Below are positions 37,093 through 51,160 of a stretch of DNA of 64,000 nucleotides, one piece after another; position 1 is the first letter of the stretch, and every line of letters starts with the position of its first letter. The position numbers and the translations under genes were made by a program. The notes under the pieces were generated by a model. That model worked only from the letters and a program-made list of their open reading frames with translations. It was not told the origin of the DNA and did not search any database. The stretch comes from Octopus bimaculoides (taxonomy: Eukaryota). The DNA lies in contig NC_068984.1 in assembly GCF_001194135.2 (NCBI RefSeq), forward strand, positions 119,046,285 through 119,110,284, in the 5' to 3' direction.

Positions 37093-38944
37093 CACCTAAA
37101 AAAATCTGAATGTTCTAGCCAGTAGTTTCCAAAATACCAAAGAAACATTCAGCCTAAAACAACAGTACCCAATTTTGTTTCATTATTTAATATGTGGAAA
37201 GATAATACAACGGTATACAAAACAATGGATGTTAAACTGATAGTTTACAAATATTCCCACTTCTCTGAATATCAATAGCAATTAGTTAAGTATTTTGTAA
37301 TCATGCATGTTTACGTTTTACAATTACCCTTAAATCTGTTGTAATCAATTTTCTTAATCTCAAAACTGTAAATGAGATAAGATATAATTAAGCTAATCTA
37401 ATGAGATGGGTTAATCAAATTTGCATATAATTTCTCATTGCAAAAGGAAAGTGTCCATTAAAAGACTAACAGATTTTATTCTTGTACAAAGAAGTACTGT
37501 AATTAGGTTCTTGAAGAAGCATGCTATTTGACAATCATGGGCAACCATTTAGGATGTGTGTGTGTGTTTGTGTATCAAATTATATATATCAAAACAGCAA
37601 GGATAAGACTGACATTGGATTCAAAGGAATGGACAATAGAATCTCATTTTAAAAGATAAACTACCAAAAAGGTTTCACTCACAAATACAATCTCATGAAT
37701 AGAACAATTTAAACAATATTCATTAAAAAGTAAGGACCGAGTTCCTTAGGGTATTGAGCTGTAATAAGAACAATAAAATAGGAAAGATGCAAACATTACA
37801 GTTAACACCTAAATGATAATTATTGGTTACACTTGACAAATTCCTGAGACTATCTATTGCAGAAACTGAGAAATTCCATGAGAAACATTAAACCTCTGCA
37901 ATACATATATAAGCAGTACTGTATAAATAGAAATACTGCTATATGCTTAGCAGTTCCAACCCTCCAAAACATTATGGATATAAGCCAACAATGAGACACC
38001 ATGCAATTATTCAACATGATAGAAACAGCAGCTAAATTTGCCTCAGACCATACTATCTTAAAAGATTAAAAAAAACAATGGATATTATAGTTCTAGGCAA
38101 CCCTAAAAAGACAGGATAGTCACAACTGGAACACCTCCAATTATAGGTCTGCTTGATCGGTGTTGACCTGTAAGTAAACATCTTTTTACAATTCAATTTT
38201 AAACAAGATAAAAGAAAAGGGGCATTCTAGATCACTAATATAATTGCATTCTTTTGTGACAAGTTTTTTTTAAATTCTGCTCTGTTGCATCTAATAGAAT
38301 CAGCCATTATACTTCTAGAAATTAAAATACTTCCCAAAAAGACAAAATACAGATAAAAATATAAGTTATTTGTAGAAAGCAAAATTGCATACTAAACATA
38401 ACCATAACCTTAATATGAACAGAAATCAAAATTAATCATCATTGAGGAAATAGTTATCATGATAAAGAGAGAACATTCATCAAATGGAAAACAGTAATGC
38501 AACCTGAATATTACAAAACTAGTATTCTGAACAGGGAAATGATAACCAAAGCATACACAAGAGTTAATATTCACTGCTGTTGTTGAGACCATAGCTCTAA
38601 CTCATGTGCTGAAAGGAAGACAATCACAAACCCTTAAAAAGAGCCAAGTAGCTTTGTTGAAAGTGAGGCCAAGACTAGAAATTTAATACTGCTGAAACAA
38701 TGTAACCAATGAGTACACAAGATGTAGAGTGGTATTCCTGGCAAGCTGACAGCACTCTTCAAATGTAAGATCAGCTCTGCAAGCTGGATTACACATGCTA
38801 AAGGCATGGAGTTACAAGAAGTAATAAATAAATTCTTTTACCAGAGGGACATAATTAGTGTAGAACTATATAGAGTTGAATATTCTTAATGACAAAATCT
38901 GGAAGAAATTAATATTTACACGACATACTACATCTAGTAGCTAC

Positions 38945-39140
38945 ACACACGTGTAATTACTTGACCTGCTACATATAGCAACCAAAATCTCCCTCAAATC
39001 ACACCCAAACACCTTTAAAAAAAATGCATCAGATAATGCTGTTCAACACATCCACCCACACCCCACAAAAATCAGATGGCCACAGCTGGAAAGTCTTTGA
39101 TCTTAGCTTAGCTCATTTAGGATTGACCTATGGCTAAAGA
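38945..39140 (+). mobile_element. Repeat fragment, SINE-tail-like family D (also at about 38020-38180, 61455-61660 and reversed at 33690-33760)
   Basis: Shared TTGACCTGCT..ATAGCA.CCAAATCTCCCTCAAATCACACC...GATGG.CAC.GCTGGAA motif. Confidence 0.6.
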
Positions 39141-41099
39141 ACATTTGAAGAAAAAAGATCAAAAGATAAAACTGACACCCATACTACACGGAGTCAAACC
39201 GTATAGCAAAATGGCAACTCAACAGATTATATCAATCAATACTTAGAAAAAAAGAAAAAAGGTGTGAGTAGAGACAAAACATAATGAAATTCAAGTCTAT
39301 TGCAAATGAAGACACTGGAATCAATGAATTTGGTACTTAACAGAAGACTTAGTACAATCAAAGAGAAGAGTTAAAAGTGATCACATGCAAATAGCCTATA
39401 ATCAAGTAATAAAGATAGTTTCATGAAGGACAATGATGAAGATCTAACTGTAGACAGAAAGCTTGTCTACTGCAGATGTTTTTCATTGAAATGCTGAAGC
39501 TCCTAAAAGATATAGCTTTTACTTTAAATAAGTCATTTCTTCAGGTCTTTATAAGCAAAACTGAATGAAAAATTCAGAGACCATTTTTCAGAACAATACC
39601 AGAAATGAGAAATTAATAAATTGTGTAACCAAAAACATTTTCATGCTTTTATTTATTCGAGATATCAAATTTTTTAAAGTTATTTCCTTCCATACAGAAA
39701 ATTTATTACCTTCACTGAAAGAGCTGACCAACTTGGCCTTTGTAACTGGCATTTCAATATGGTTTTTAAATATTCTTGTATCATTTATTTCAATCAATAT
39801 CAAAAACATTAATAAATTTATCAACTTCTTCAAAAAAAAATTGAAACTTAACATCTAACTTGAAATTCATATAATGCAAGTGGAAGTGGTATTTTCTTTT
39901 TTACTTCAAAAAAATTTTTTTTCTTTATTTTATTTTAACCAATGTCAATTCTTATGCCAAGCTAATGCTACTGCTACTTAAACCCTAAATTTGAGATTCA
40001 AAAATTAGTTTCTCAAAAGGAAATAGTCAAATCAATTTGCAAAGTATACCAGAATATATGTGAACACATGGGAATTAAAAATATTGCTACTTTCTCTTTA
40101 TTCCTATTATATTTGTATGTATATATTCTCATTTGATGAATCCCATCTCAATAGCAATTATCTAAAAATGTTAAAAATAAAGGTTTTACATATTTACTTC
40201 ATTATCTTCTATTTTTCATTGTATTTTTTTTTTTAAATATCAGTTCATGAAGGATGCCAAATATATGTTTTATAATAGGACATTATTTGATTTTAATCTA
40301 TGACAATTCAAGAAAATCATGGATTGTAGTATTTTTCTTTTTTATAGGATTCATATAACCAGTGACTGTTTAAGTCAAATTGATTTATTGGAAAAGGTAC
40401 TGTAATTCAGATTTGTCCTTAAAATGTATAGTTTAAAACAATTCCAGTTAGAAGAGAGCAAGTAATGACATCATTAAACAAGTTAATTTTATTCATGTGA
40501 AATACTTAACTTGAACACAAATAACATTTACCTATTATTTCAAATTTCTGATGCATAGCAAATTTTCCCCCAAAAATATTGTTGATACTGCCAGTCTATC
40601 TTCAAGCATGTGTATATATGTATATAACCATTGTTCTTTTAGTGGTTTCAATTATTTCACAGCAACAATATATAGGTAACTCCCCCAATACTTATGTCAG
40701 TTAATTCTTTTATCAGCCGCAAAAGATGAAATGCGAAGCCAACCAGGTGTGAATAGATGTAACTGGGATATAATCCAATACTAAGAGTTATTTTTATTCA
40801 ACACACCAATTCTTCTTCCATCCCTACCAATATACATCAGACCAACTTCTATTATTTTCATCAACTAAATTTCACTCCCAAGGTTATTAGTAGAAGAAAC
40901 CTGCTTAAGGTGTTTCACAGTATGATCAAATTAGCTACCACAATATTTCAAAGTGAACTTTTTAACATATGTGTGTATATGCATTTTTTAATAAAGGAAA
41001 CTATTCTAGAAAAAGTAAAGAAATTTAATCAAAACATTGATTTTCACACTTTAGCTCAAATCCTGAAACTTAGTTACAGAGTCTTTGTAAGCTACTCAC

Positions 41100-41600
41100 T
41101 AGCCCAAGTGAGATGCATTTCACAACACTACCAAGAATCTGTCCTCCATTTGCTTTGTAGGTCCTCAACTTTATGATATATGTCTGAATATAGCCGAATG
41201 GTCTTCATCCTCTATCAAGATATGGAAATCTCCAAAATATAACATTTGATATGACCAGGTAATCAGATTAATAGCAGTTGTCAGCAAAACCTGCCTTGTG
41301 TTGAACAACAACAGTAGAGATTGGAATATATCCATAAATCTCCTTTTTGATTTGTAGTCACACTATGAGATGCCTGAGCCCTCATGAAAAACCTGATGTT
41401 AGTACCATATCATGGTAATCTTGAAGATCTATCTTTATAGCAAAGATTATAGCTCCGAAGAGAAAAATGATCTCTACACATCCAAGAGGCTAGCCTTGTT
41501 GACACTGAAATACTCAATTCACAGGTTTTGAAGCTCATCTAATACTCTCCAGGTTTTATTCTGAACTGCCCATAAGAAGTTTAACAGGAATTCTAAGCAG
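41100..41600 (-). mobile_element. Decayed CR1/L2-type endonuclease fragment
   Basis: GDF-containing APE-like remnant; many stops. Confidence 0.35.
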
Positions 41601-43779
41601 AAGATGAATTCGCATTAATGAGTAGGTGATAAACATGAACACTTACCTACAATTAGAAGAAAACGAAGCAAGCAGATATGCTTATAATTTCTACTAAGTA
41701 CTAAGATCATTCAAGAATGCAAAAGATACGTAGAAAAGTCAACAGAAAAAATAAAGTACACCTGAAGATGCTAACATAAAATATGAGAACTTCAGGATCA
41801 ATTCATTAATGTCTTTGCAATGAATGGATTAGGTTCAAGCTTACTAATATGGCACAATACCAGACCATACAAGACATAAGTCACTTGGTGTCATAACACA
41901 ACGGATAGTTTCTTAGGTGCACTGCTACTTCTAATTCATTTCTACTTCATTATAATACTAGTTTCAGCTTTATTGAATTAGCATAGCCAACTCCTTATTA
42001 GCAACAACTGCAGCTTGTTATATTATGCATACACCAACTAAATGGTAAACATCATTAAAAAGATTTACAACCATGGACAACAAACATAACTGCTTAAATA
42101 GATTGCTGCTGTAAACAAGACTTTTCCTGTATAAGGAATGTGCCACTACTAAGACATCTTTTGAATTAATGCGATAGAAGCAAAAGTTTGTAGTTTATAG
42201 AAGACAGCAAAAAAAAAAAAAAATCTTATTTCAAATGTTCTCTCATATAGAAAACCACCCAAAAAAATTCTGATTAAATAAAATACTCCTCAAGTAAAAA
42301 TTGTGCTTATCTTTATTTACTGAAAGTCACCTAACTGGAGTCAAAGCAATGATAATACTGTTTTGCAATTTTTTTTTTTTTTTGCTCCATTAGAAATGAA
42401 TAAGTTTTCAATTAGTTACATTCTCAGTTTTTATTTATTTAGGCATGAAACTTTTTTTTTATTGCTTCCTATATGCAATTAGTAAAGGTGACTATGATGA
42501 TAAAGATTGATCACTCTCAATTTGATGGATACTACCTACAATGTCTACTATTCAGTAATAACTGAAGCTTCCCAGCTGATTCTTCCACAATAGCTGACAA
42601 TATAAATCCATATAATGCTGGGTGATCCTAGGTTTAATTATTCGCATCACCAGCAGAAATTTTGAAGCTTACACAGTGACAGTGGTTAAAAGGCTTCTCT
42701 TTACACTGGAAACACAAAGATTTAAAAACTTTAATTTTGAACTTAAGTGGCATGAAGAAAAAGGTAACTTTCAGATTTACCTTATTCAAGTAATTTTTTC
42801 CAAAACAAAATATACAGCAAACAAATTAGGAAAAATCTTTAAAAAAAAAGGTTAAAGTAGAATGAAGCTGAAGAAGTAATGTCATCTTGTTAATAGAATG
42901 CATAGTCACGTATTTATTTTCAAGTGGTGTCTTATAACTGAGACTTGTATAATGAATGAAAATGTTTGTCACTACAGCAATCACATTCCACTAATTTCCT
43001 TTGTAATGAATCCCAAAACAGCACTTTTTTCTTATGAACAATAATTAGTTTGTTTTATAGAATTACACATCTTTGTACAGAAAACTGTTATAGTTCCACT
43101 GGTCAGTTTATGATCAGTGAAACTATAACATCTACAGAAATCCTAAATATAAACCACTGCTTTTGTTTCGTTTTTTATCTTCTACAAGTATGCTATTCAA
43201 CTCCATGTTGTCAACATAAAAAGCTATTATGTGCTTGAAACATTTTACTTAAATTTTTTATTCAAAGTCAATATTTAGTCATTAAATTCGAAGGGAAAAT
43301 GCTTCCAAACTCAAATTTTTTTTTTTTTTTTGCAAGAGAAAATATTGGTACTTATAATTATTATTTGTTGACAAGTGAAAATTTCAATATGATTTTCCAA
43401 TGGTACAATGGCATTTTAGGCCAAGCCAATCAATCTAAGGAAAAAATGGTGTTCCTATATACAGAATTGTCATACAAGACCATGTATCCATGCACATTGG
43501 ACACAAGAGCAAAATAAAGCATGGACAAATCTATTTCACATGTCAAAAATAAGAGTTGTAACTTTGATCAACTCATTTTAAATTACAAGTAGACATTTTT
43601 TTAAAATGTTAAACTCAATTTTCCATGGTTTCTATAAGCAAGATATTATGTATCATGCATATTAAAATGACTTACAAATGAAGGTCTTGCTTAGCACAAA
43701 TCATATCTGACAAAGTTGTTACAATAATTTGTCAAACAAAGAGGACAGTTTGATTCCAATAAACAAGTCTAGCTCATCC

Positions 43780-44330
43780 CTATGAGTGATTGTTGGGTTT
43801 CACTATAACAAAAAATCTATCCAGATGAAAGCATAGCTGCATCAGAAAGACTAGATCTTCTCTTCAAGCCAAAAAGATATATCAGTAGCACTCAATAATT
43901 GATAGTCTACAAAGCTCAGATAAGGCCCACAATGAAGTACTGCTCTCACATCTGAGATAGTGTTGGTGTTGCACATACAGACATCTTAGACAGCATCCAG
44001 AAAAGAGTCATCCAATGGATACTGATAGGCATAAAGTCAGTCAGATATGCTCCAGCCTCTGGTCCACAAGTGTGTTTCCTCTCTGTCTTTCATTCTACCA
44101 CAATGAGCTCTGCTCCTCGGAGGAGATTGGATTCATGCCACCACCACTCAGGCACTCCTGTCCCACTTGTGTCTACTCTTTTGATCATTCTTGTATCCAA
44201 TTTCCTGATTATATGCTAATCACTATGCCCCATCCTTCCCTCTCAGAGTACCAGCCTTCTGGAATTACCTTCCTCCTCACGCTGACTTTCAAAAGGAACA
44301 TTAATGGCATCAATCTCACTGGTCTAGGAG
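43780..44330 (+). mobile_element. CR1-type LINE RT C-terminal fragment
   Basis: ASERLDLLF...VYKAQIRPTMKYCSHI...DILDSIQKRVIQ...LQPL...FWNYLP matches CR1 LYKAQIRP.LEYCSHIW...LDRIQKRA. Confidence 0.8.
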
Positions 44331-45357
44331 AGCATACAAAAACCAATGGAACTAACCTTTCCTTCAGAGTCAGCAAGGAAAAAGATACCATAGAAAAACA
44401 AGATGGAATAGACAGGACTAGAGAAGATACATGGAACAGAAAGTCGCTAAAGGTCACAGTAAGTGTGACAAAGAATTTTGACAACGAAAAATAATAATAA
44501 TAAAGCTAAAGTGAAGATCAAATAGTGCAGGTGTTTAATCAGCAAAAGATGACCATCCCCAAATATAACAAAAATATTAATAAACATTTCAATAAACTAG
44601 CATTCATTCTCAGGAAAGGAGAAATGCTAAATACTACTGAAGTAAGATGATGCCAAACAAGTGACATACATAGAATTCTCCAATTAACAGACCCTTCCTC
44701 GTTCATAACCTACCTTGCCCCATTAAAATCCAAGCATTCCTCACTCTAATGTGTAATGAATGAAATGTACCTTAACATAAAGAGGAACCTATTTGTTATG
44801 GGAATGCAGAACAGGTAAACTAAAGCAGATGAATAACATTGTCAAGAAATATAACACACCTGTAGTCATTTTTCAACTTCTAACTCAACCAGACAGTGGT
44901 GAGTGATGTACTTTAATCTCACATTTTATATAAATTTAATAGAAATTAGGATAAGTTCACTTTGTTTCATATGAGTTGACATAAAATTTACTTTCTTTTT
45001 TTTTCAAAGCTTCAATTATTTTTAAAATCTCATTTTTCTGGATTGTTCCACTATGACTAACAAATTTCTACAGTTACTAATTAAAGTAGAAAACCTTTTA
45101 TGATCAATTAGCCATTGTATTACAGGTAAAATTAATTATTTGCTAAAGGCAAAATTTTTTGAGTTAAAAATCCATTTATTGATCTACTAAACTATAGAGA
45201 GTATAATGACAAAAGTGAATGTTGTAACAAATTTTGAAGTGATGGAAAGGAATAAAGCCAATAAGAAGTCTCAATGTGGTTGTTCAACCAGCTAGACATA
45301 AAATTTTCTTCATAACAAACCCCTACAATCTCAAGAAAAGGAAGGTGAGATACATAG

Positions 45358-45515
45358 AGACAGGCATGGCTGTGTGGTAAGAAGCTTGCTTCCCAACCAC
45401 ATGGTTCCAGGTTCAGTCTAACAGTGTGGCACCTTGGGCAAGTGTCTTCTACTATAGCCTCAGGCCAACCAAAGCCTTGAGTGGATTTGGTAAACGGAAA
45501 CTGAAAGAAGCCAGT

Positions 45516-45548
<33 letters not shown>

Positions 45549-45748
45549 GTTTGTGTCTGTGTTTGTCCCCCCACCATTGCTTGACAACCCATGGGTGCTT
45601 ACATCCCCATAACTTAGTGGCTTGGCAAAGAGAGACTGACAGAATAAGTACTATGCTTACAAAGAATAAGTCCTGGGGTCAATTCATTCGACTAAAGGCA
45701 GTGCTGCAGCATGGCAGCAGTCAACTGACTGAAACCAGTAAAAGAATA
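45358..45748 (+). mobile_element. Full-length SINE family A
   Basis: Head CAGGCATGGCTGTGTGGTAAG...GGTTCAGTC...CCTTGGGCAAGTG; internal (GT)n(AT)n; tail CAGCATGGCAGCAGTCAACTGACTGAAAC. Confidence 0.92.
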
Positions 45749-45792
45749 CATTGTATAATGTGATCCTAGAATCAGTGCCTGGAAAAATAAAA

Positions 45793-46465
45793 ACAGGCAC
45801 AAGCATAACTATGATTAAGCTTACTTCCAAACCACATTCAGTCCCACCATGTGCAAGTAAGTGTCTTCTACAGCAGTGGTTCCCGAAGTGTGCAGTAGTG
45901 CTCCCTTGGGGACGGTGGAAAGATCCAGGAGGTGGGGCGTTGAAGTGGGATGATAATGAGGTGATAGATGTAAAAAAAAAAAATTAATAGGTTAGTTAGG
46001 TTTAAGTTTTATTTGTGAAATACAGCTGTTTTGAATTTGCTGTAGAAAGTAATTTATATTTGTGGTGGGGTGGGTGAGGAATGTAGCTTGGATGCCAAGG
46101 GAGCAACAGCCTGGAAAAGCTTGGGAACTACTGTTCTACAGCACCATAGACCAGCCAAAGCCTTGAGTGGATCTGATCAATGTTAACTGAAAGGATTAAA
46201 TAAATATATGTAAAGATATATGTTTGTGTGGTAGTGTGTGCAAATTTGTTTCCTTGTCCTGATATTACATGATAGCTGTAAAAGAGTGTCAGTGCCATAC
46301 AAGCAGTGTCATTCACTTCTAATATTCTGCGGAAACATCTGGTCATGGGAAAACATTACCTTGATAGGAAAAGGTGAGTTAACAGCAGGAAAGACAACCA
46401 ACCATAGAAAATCTGTCTCAATATATTCCTTCCAACCCATGCAAGCATGGGAAGTGGATGCTAAA
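45793..46465 (+). mobile_element. SINE family B interrupted by a hAT MITE
   Basis: Head sequence resumes after the insertion (CCAAAGCCTTGAGTGGAT); tail CCCATGCAAGCATGGGAAGTGGATG. Confidence 0.75.
45874..46133. mobile_element. hAT (Charlie/Buster-type) MITE
   Basis: TIRs CAGTGGTTCCCGA / TTGGGAACTACTG; 8-bp TSD TTCTACAG at 45866-45873 and 46134-46141. Confidence 0.92.
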
Positions 46466-49400
46466 ATGAATAGTCATTGTGAAATACCTGGTCTACTCAA
46501 CCAGGTCTCACCTGGAATAACTTGAAATCAAACACTTGACTAGTCATCATTTAATAAAAGCTAACCAACATATATATATATAGCTGATTAGCTTTAGTTT
46601 GATAAGTTATCATTCAAGTTGTTGGTGCATCTCTGGTGAAATGTCCTGTGGCTATTCTCTTTTTCTTCTTATACTCACAGCAACTAACCATCTCTAAATC
46701 AAGTAATTGACTGTGACATTTAAGAAAATTTCAAGTTAAATTCATGAGTTATCCAATTGCTATGTCAAACATCCAGCAGTTTGACATATTTCCTCTAGAT
46801 CAAAAATACAGGTTGTTTTATTAACCTGGAGATAAAAAGCCAAGTTGACCTACGTTAATCAGTAAACCATTAATTCACTCGAACTTGTCACCAGCAAATA
46901 CCAGGCCCCCTTCCCTTCTAGGTACTTTTTGTGCAGCTATAAGCACATGCAAAAATAAAAAAATAAAAACTAACGTAACTGCAATGACAAAGCACGATTA
47001 AAGATGAGTAGGCCAACAAATAATCCTTTCATTAAAAGGTATTATGCGAGTTAAGATTTTAATTATACAAAAATTAGTTCGCTCTGATTACATAGATAAT
47101 TTATGTATACTTTTAATATACCTTTCTTAACCAATATAAAATACTATAAAACTGCACCCTTTTAAAATTTACTGGCAATGGAAATATTGATTAGATAATT
47201 ATATATCTATACATATTTTAAGCAACTGAAGGTAATCAAGTGAGAATAAGATATATCTAGATAGTGATTTTTAAAAAACCTATAAATCTTAGGTTTTCAT
47301 TTCAAAGCAGGTAAACATTTTACGACAGTAACAACAGCAGCATATTAGATAAAAGAAAAATACTTGAACAGATTTAAACCAAAAATTTTAATTATATTAC
47401 ACATTCACCTCCTCTATCAGCAGACTAACATATGGCAATTGGCAACAAGAGGGTTAGTGACCTGAAGACAAGAAGAGGTCAACTCTAGCTTGTGTTAAAA
47501 ACTTCACTTATTCAGGTCACTCCATCTGCAGCAACAGAAGAAAAAAAATGTCTCAAGACCAGTATTTTAATACAATTATTTATTCCTGTCGGAGTAACTT
47601 GAAGAAAGTCTATCTTATTTCAACCAGTTTGACACTTACCTAGCTAACAAAATATGCCCATTGATAACGAACCCAATAATAAAATAGCTATTTCATTAAT
47701 ATTTTGTTTTTGTCAGACACGTTTTAAGTTTACCACCGTTAAAATTTTAAATACTACAAAGGAAAAAAACAACAAAGAAAAGCCACTTCATACAAAAGAA
47801 ACCTTTTCTGTCAAAATAAACAAGAGTATACAGATTCCACCCGAAGAATACCTAAATGGGTTAGTTTAGAAAATGGTAACGAGTCTGTTTTTGTCTCTCC
47901 AAAACAGAAAAAGATGGAAGTTATTTCAGACCATTTTCGAACAATGAATTTATTTAGTTTCAAATCTAACAATTTTTCACTTTTTAAATCATAAATTTGC
48001 AGAACGTAACAGTATTTACTACACATTTTTTTAATAAACTGGACAACGGTGACCAAACATTAAAAATACATTAAAATGAAAGGGAAAATGTAAATGTTAT
48101 AAAGATATTTCGGCACTTCTGACAGCTAATAGCATGATAGTGCCGATATTTCATATAATTTTTTGAATAACTAAGAAAATAATTTTATTCACTTCTAGTA
48201 ATAGTTATTCGTACTAAAACAAAGTAATAGTTAAACGGAATACCTACATTTTCAATTTCAAATATAGTGTCTCGTAACGTACGAATTTTTAAAAAAAGAA
48301 CCCAAGCAAGCTAAATCAAATATAACAGATAAATTTCATTTATACCAGCATCACTTTTGAGAAAATTTAAGCAATAAACTCCAAAATTTTCAAAACCTGT
48401 TATCATTATGAAAAGGATTTGGTGTGTGTGAGTGTGTGCGTGCGTGCGCGCATTTCGAACAATCAAGAAATTTCTATCGTAATCTTTCTACATACAAAGC
48501 AATGGAGCAGTAAAAATGCTTCATTCAGAAATGACAATTAATCAACAGCATTAGCTGCTATATACAGCAGCTTCGATGTTGCTTTATTTTGTTTTTTTTT
48601 CCCTTAAAACATGTACAAATTTGGAAGGTCTTGATGTTTTGCCAGTACCAGCAACTAACCAGATTTTAAAAATACATTCGAGCTATGATGGTTAAACGAG
48701 ACCCCAGCCATCATCATTTATCGTCACAAAATCGCATTGATTTCTATCATGCTTAGGTTATCATCGAATCTCAACTCAACAGCGCTTTCAAAAAAGAAGA
48801 ACCATATTTAACCGTTAGAAATTGAAAATAAAAACTAAACTGTCAACTAAATATACTCCAACGCAATACAATTTTATGTTAATTATCGTAAACCATCGGA
48901 AGAGATTTTCAGTGTTTCAGAGCAATTCGATGTTGCAATGTTGTCTGGCAAGGAACGGTCGGTGGGGAAGAGGGGGGGGGGTTAAAAGAATCGATCAGAA
49001 TAATGAGTTCGATTACAAGTAGCATTAAAACAGCTGGAAATCGTATGACTTCATTATCTTTAATTTGTAAAATAAATAAATAAATATTAGTGATGGATGG
49101 ATGGATGGATGGAAGAAGCCTANNNNNNNNNNNNNNNNNNNNNNNNNNNNNNNNNNNNNNNNNNNNNNNNNNNNNNNNNNNNNNNNNNNNNNNNNNNNNN
49201 NNNNNNNNNNNNNNNNNNNNNNNNNNNNNNNNNNNNNNNNNNNNNNNNNNNNNNNNNNNNNNNNNNNNNNNNNNNNNNNNNNNNNNNNNNNNNNNNNNNN
49301 NNNNNNNNNNNNNNNNNNNNNNNNNNNNNNNNNNNNNNNNNNNNNNNNNNNNNNNNNNNNNNNNNNNNNNNNNNNNNNNNNNNNNNNNNNNNNNNNNNNN

Positions 49401-49839
49401 NNNNNNNNNNNNNNNNNNNNNNNNNNNNNNNNNNNNNNNNNNNNNNNNNNNNNNNNNNNNNNNNNNNNNNNNNNNNNNNNNNNNNNNNNNNNNNNNNNNN
49501 NNNNNNNNNNNNNNNNNNNNNNNNNNNNNNNNNNNNNNNNNNNNNNNNNNNNNNNNNNNNNNNNNNNNNNNNNNNNNNNNNNNNNNNNNNNNNNNNNNNN
49601 NNNNNNNNNNNNNNNNNNNNNNNNNNNNNNNNNNNNNNNNNNNNNNNNNNNNNNNNNNNNNNNNNNNNNNNNNNNNNNNNNNNNNNNNNNNNNNNNNNNN
49701 NNNNNNNNNNNNNNNNNNNNNNNNNNNNNNNNNNNNNNNNNNNNNNNNNNNNNNNNNNNNNNNNNNNNNNNNNNNNNNNNNNNNNNNNNNNNNAAATTGA
49801 TACAACTAAAAAGAAAAAAGACCTTAAAAAATAATGATC

Positions 49840-50080
49840 AAATTGGAGCGGAGTCGCGTTTTTCATTTAAAAGAAACGCTGTCCTCTCCATATACACACG
49901 CTTCTTTTCCCGTTCAAATACTCACATATTCAATTTTATACACATACACACACGTTTGTTTCCCGTTCAAATATATTCAATTTCAAATATACACGCATGC
50001 ACGCACGCACACACATACATACACGTTCTGTTTCCCGTTCAAACATTCGCGTATTCAATCCACACATATACACATACATA
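49840..50080 (+). repeat. Copy 1 of a near-identical 240-bp direct repeat (copy 2 at 53429-53667)
   Basis: I see only 4 differences between the copies; three internal TTTCCCGTTCAAA subrepeats. Confidence 0.95.
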
Positions 50081-50699
50081 CATTTCTTTATCCAAATGGT
50101 TTATAATCTATTTATATTCCCCCATTACAACCAGCCAGTCAGTACTACAACATCCACGTGATGAGTGTCCTAGTTGGCAAGTAATATTGCGAGGACTGCA
50201 GTCAGTGGCTGGCGAACTAATATTATAACTATGAAGGAAGAAGGCAAGCACACCAAATATTATTATTAAAACTAGTGGCAGCCTTGGCCTGGCCTGGTCT
50301 CTACCCCCTACTGCCAACACAGAATCTCCAACATACGTTACCTTTGGACAATATAGACAATAATGCTTCGTCTATCTAAATTAATAACGTAAAACAAAAT
50401 TGATTTTTTTTCCTTCCTCCCCTTAATAATGGAGAGTAGTAGTAGTAATAGTAATTATGACTATATAGATAGGTAGATAGATATATACATAGGTAGATAG
50501 ATAGATAGATAGATAGATGAATATATTTTAAATAACAATGAAGCATCATTCTGATGGCATTAAGTAAATAAGATTCGGTTAGTATGAACGAAATCGACTG
50601 TTATTAAATATTCATTTTGAAAAAGAAAAATGTCACCGATTTTCTACGCGTAATAGATTTTATAATACGCGAAGGTTTGTCAAGAAACATTCATAAAGA

Positions 50700-50754
50700 T
50701 ACATATGTACCTAATATATATACACACAACTACGTATGCGTGTGTGTATATACA

Positions 50755-50789
<35 letters not shown>

Positions 50790-51108
50790 AACACTCACAC
50801 TATATGCAAACATATATTCAATTATAAACATACAAACATATGTGCACATTGTACAATTATATACACATGCACTTATATATATGTATATATATATATATGC
50901 ACACATATCTACAGGTACATTAAAGGTCTCTATACATACACGCACACAAACATACACTGTTCAATTATGTCATTTACATACACCTAAGTACATACAAAGA
51001 CAGATTGTATATGTATATCGATATATATAACAGATTGTGTATATAAATATAAGATTAAATAGGAGTATCAGTACGTGTGTGTATGAATATATATGTGTGT
51101 ATATATAA

Positions 51109-51143
<35 letters not shown>

Positions 51144-51160
51144 TGTATGTGTGTCAGTCC
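50700..51160. repeat. Alternating purine/pyrimidine (TA/CA/TG) low-complexity block
   Basis: Degenerate microsatellite mosaic just downstream of VAP exon 1; similar blocks at 8040-8740, 14760-15690 and 56080-56340. Confidence 0.8.

Noticed and set aside
37328-37365. 38-nt minus-strand exon-like segment (TTTACAG|...AAGG|GTAATT)
   Set aside because: It would frameshift VAP and has no homology; such pseudo-exons are common in long introns.
39588-39854. ORF with IEMP resembling VAP FEMP
   Set aside because: No other MSP residues match and there is no good acceptor.
42673-42705. 33-nt exon-like segment reading CKEKPFNHCHC (zinc-finger-linker-like)
   Set aside because: No C2H2 pattern follows, and in the VAP phase it gives an immediate stop (GTG TAA).
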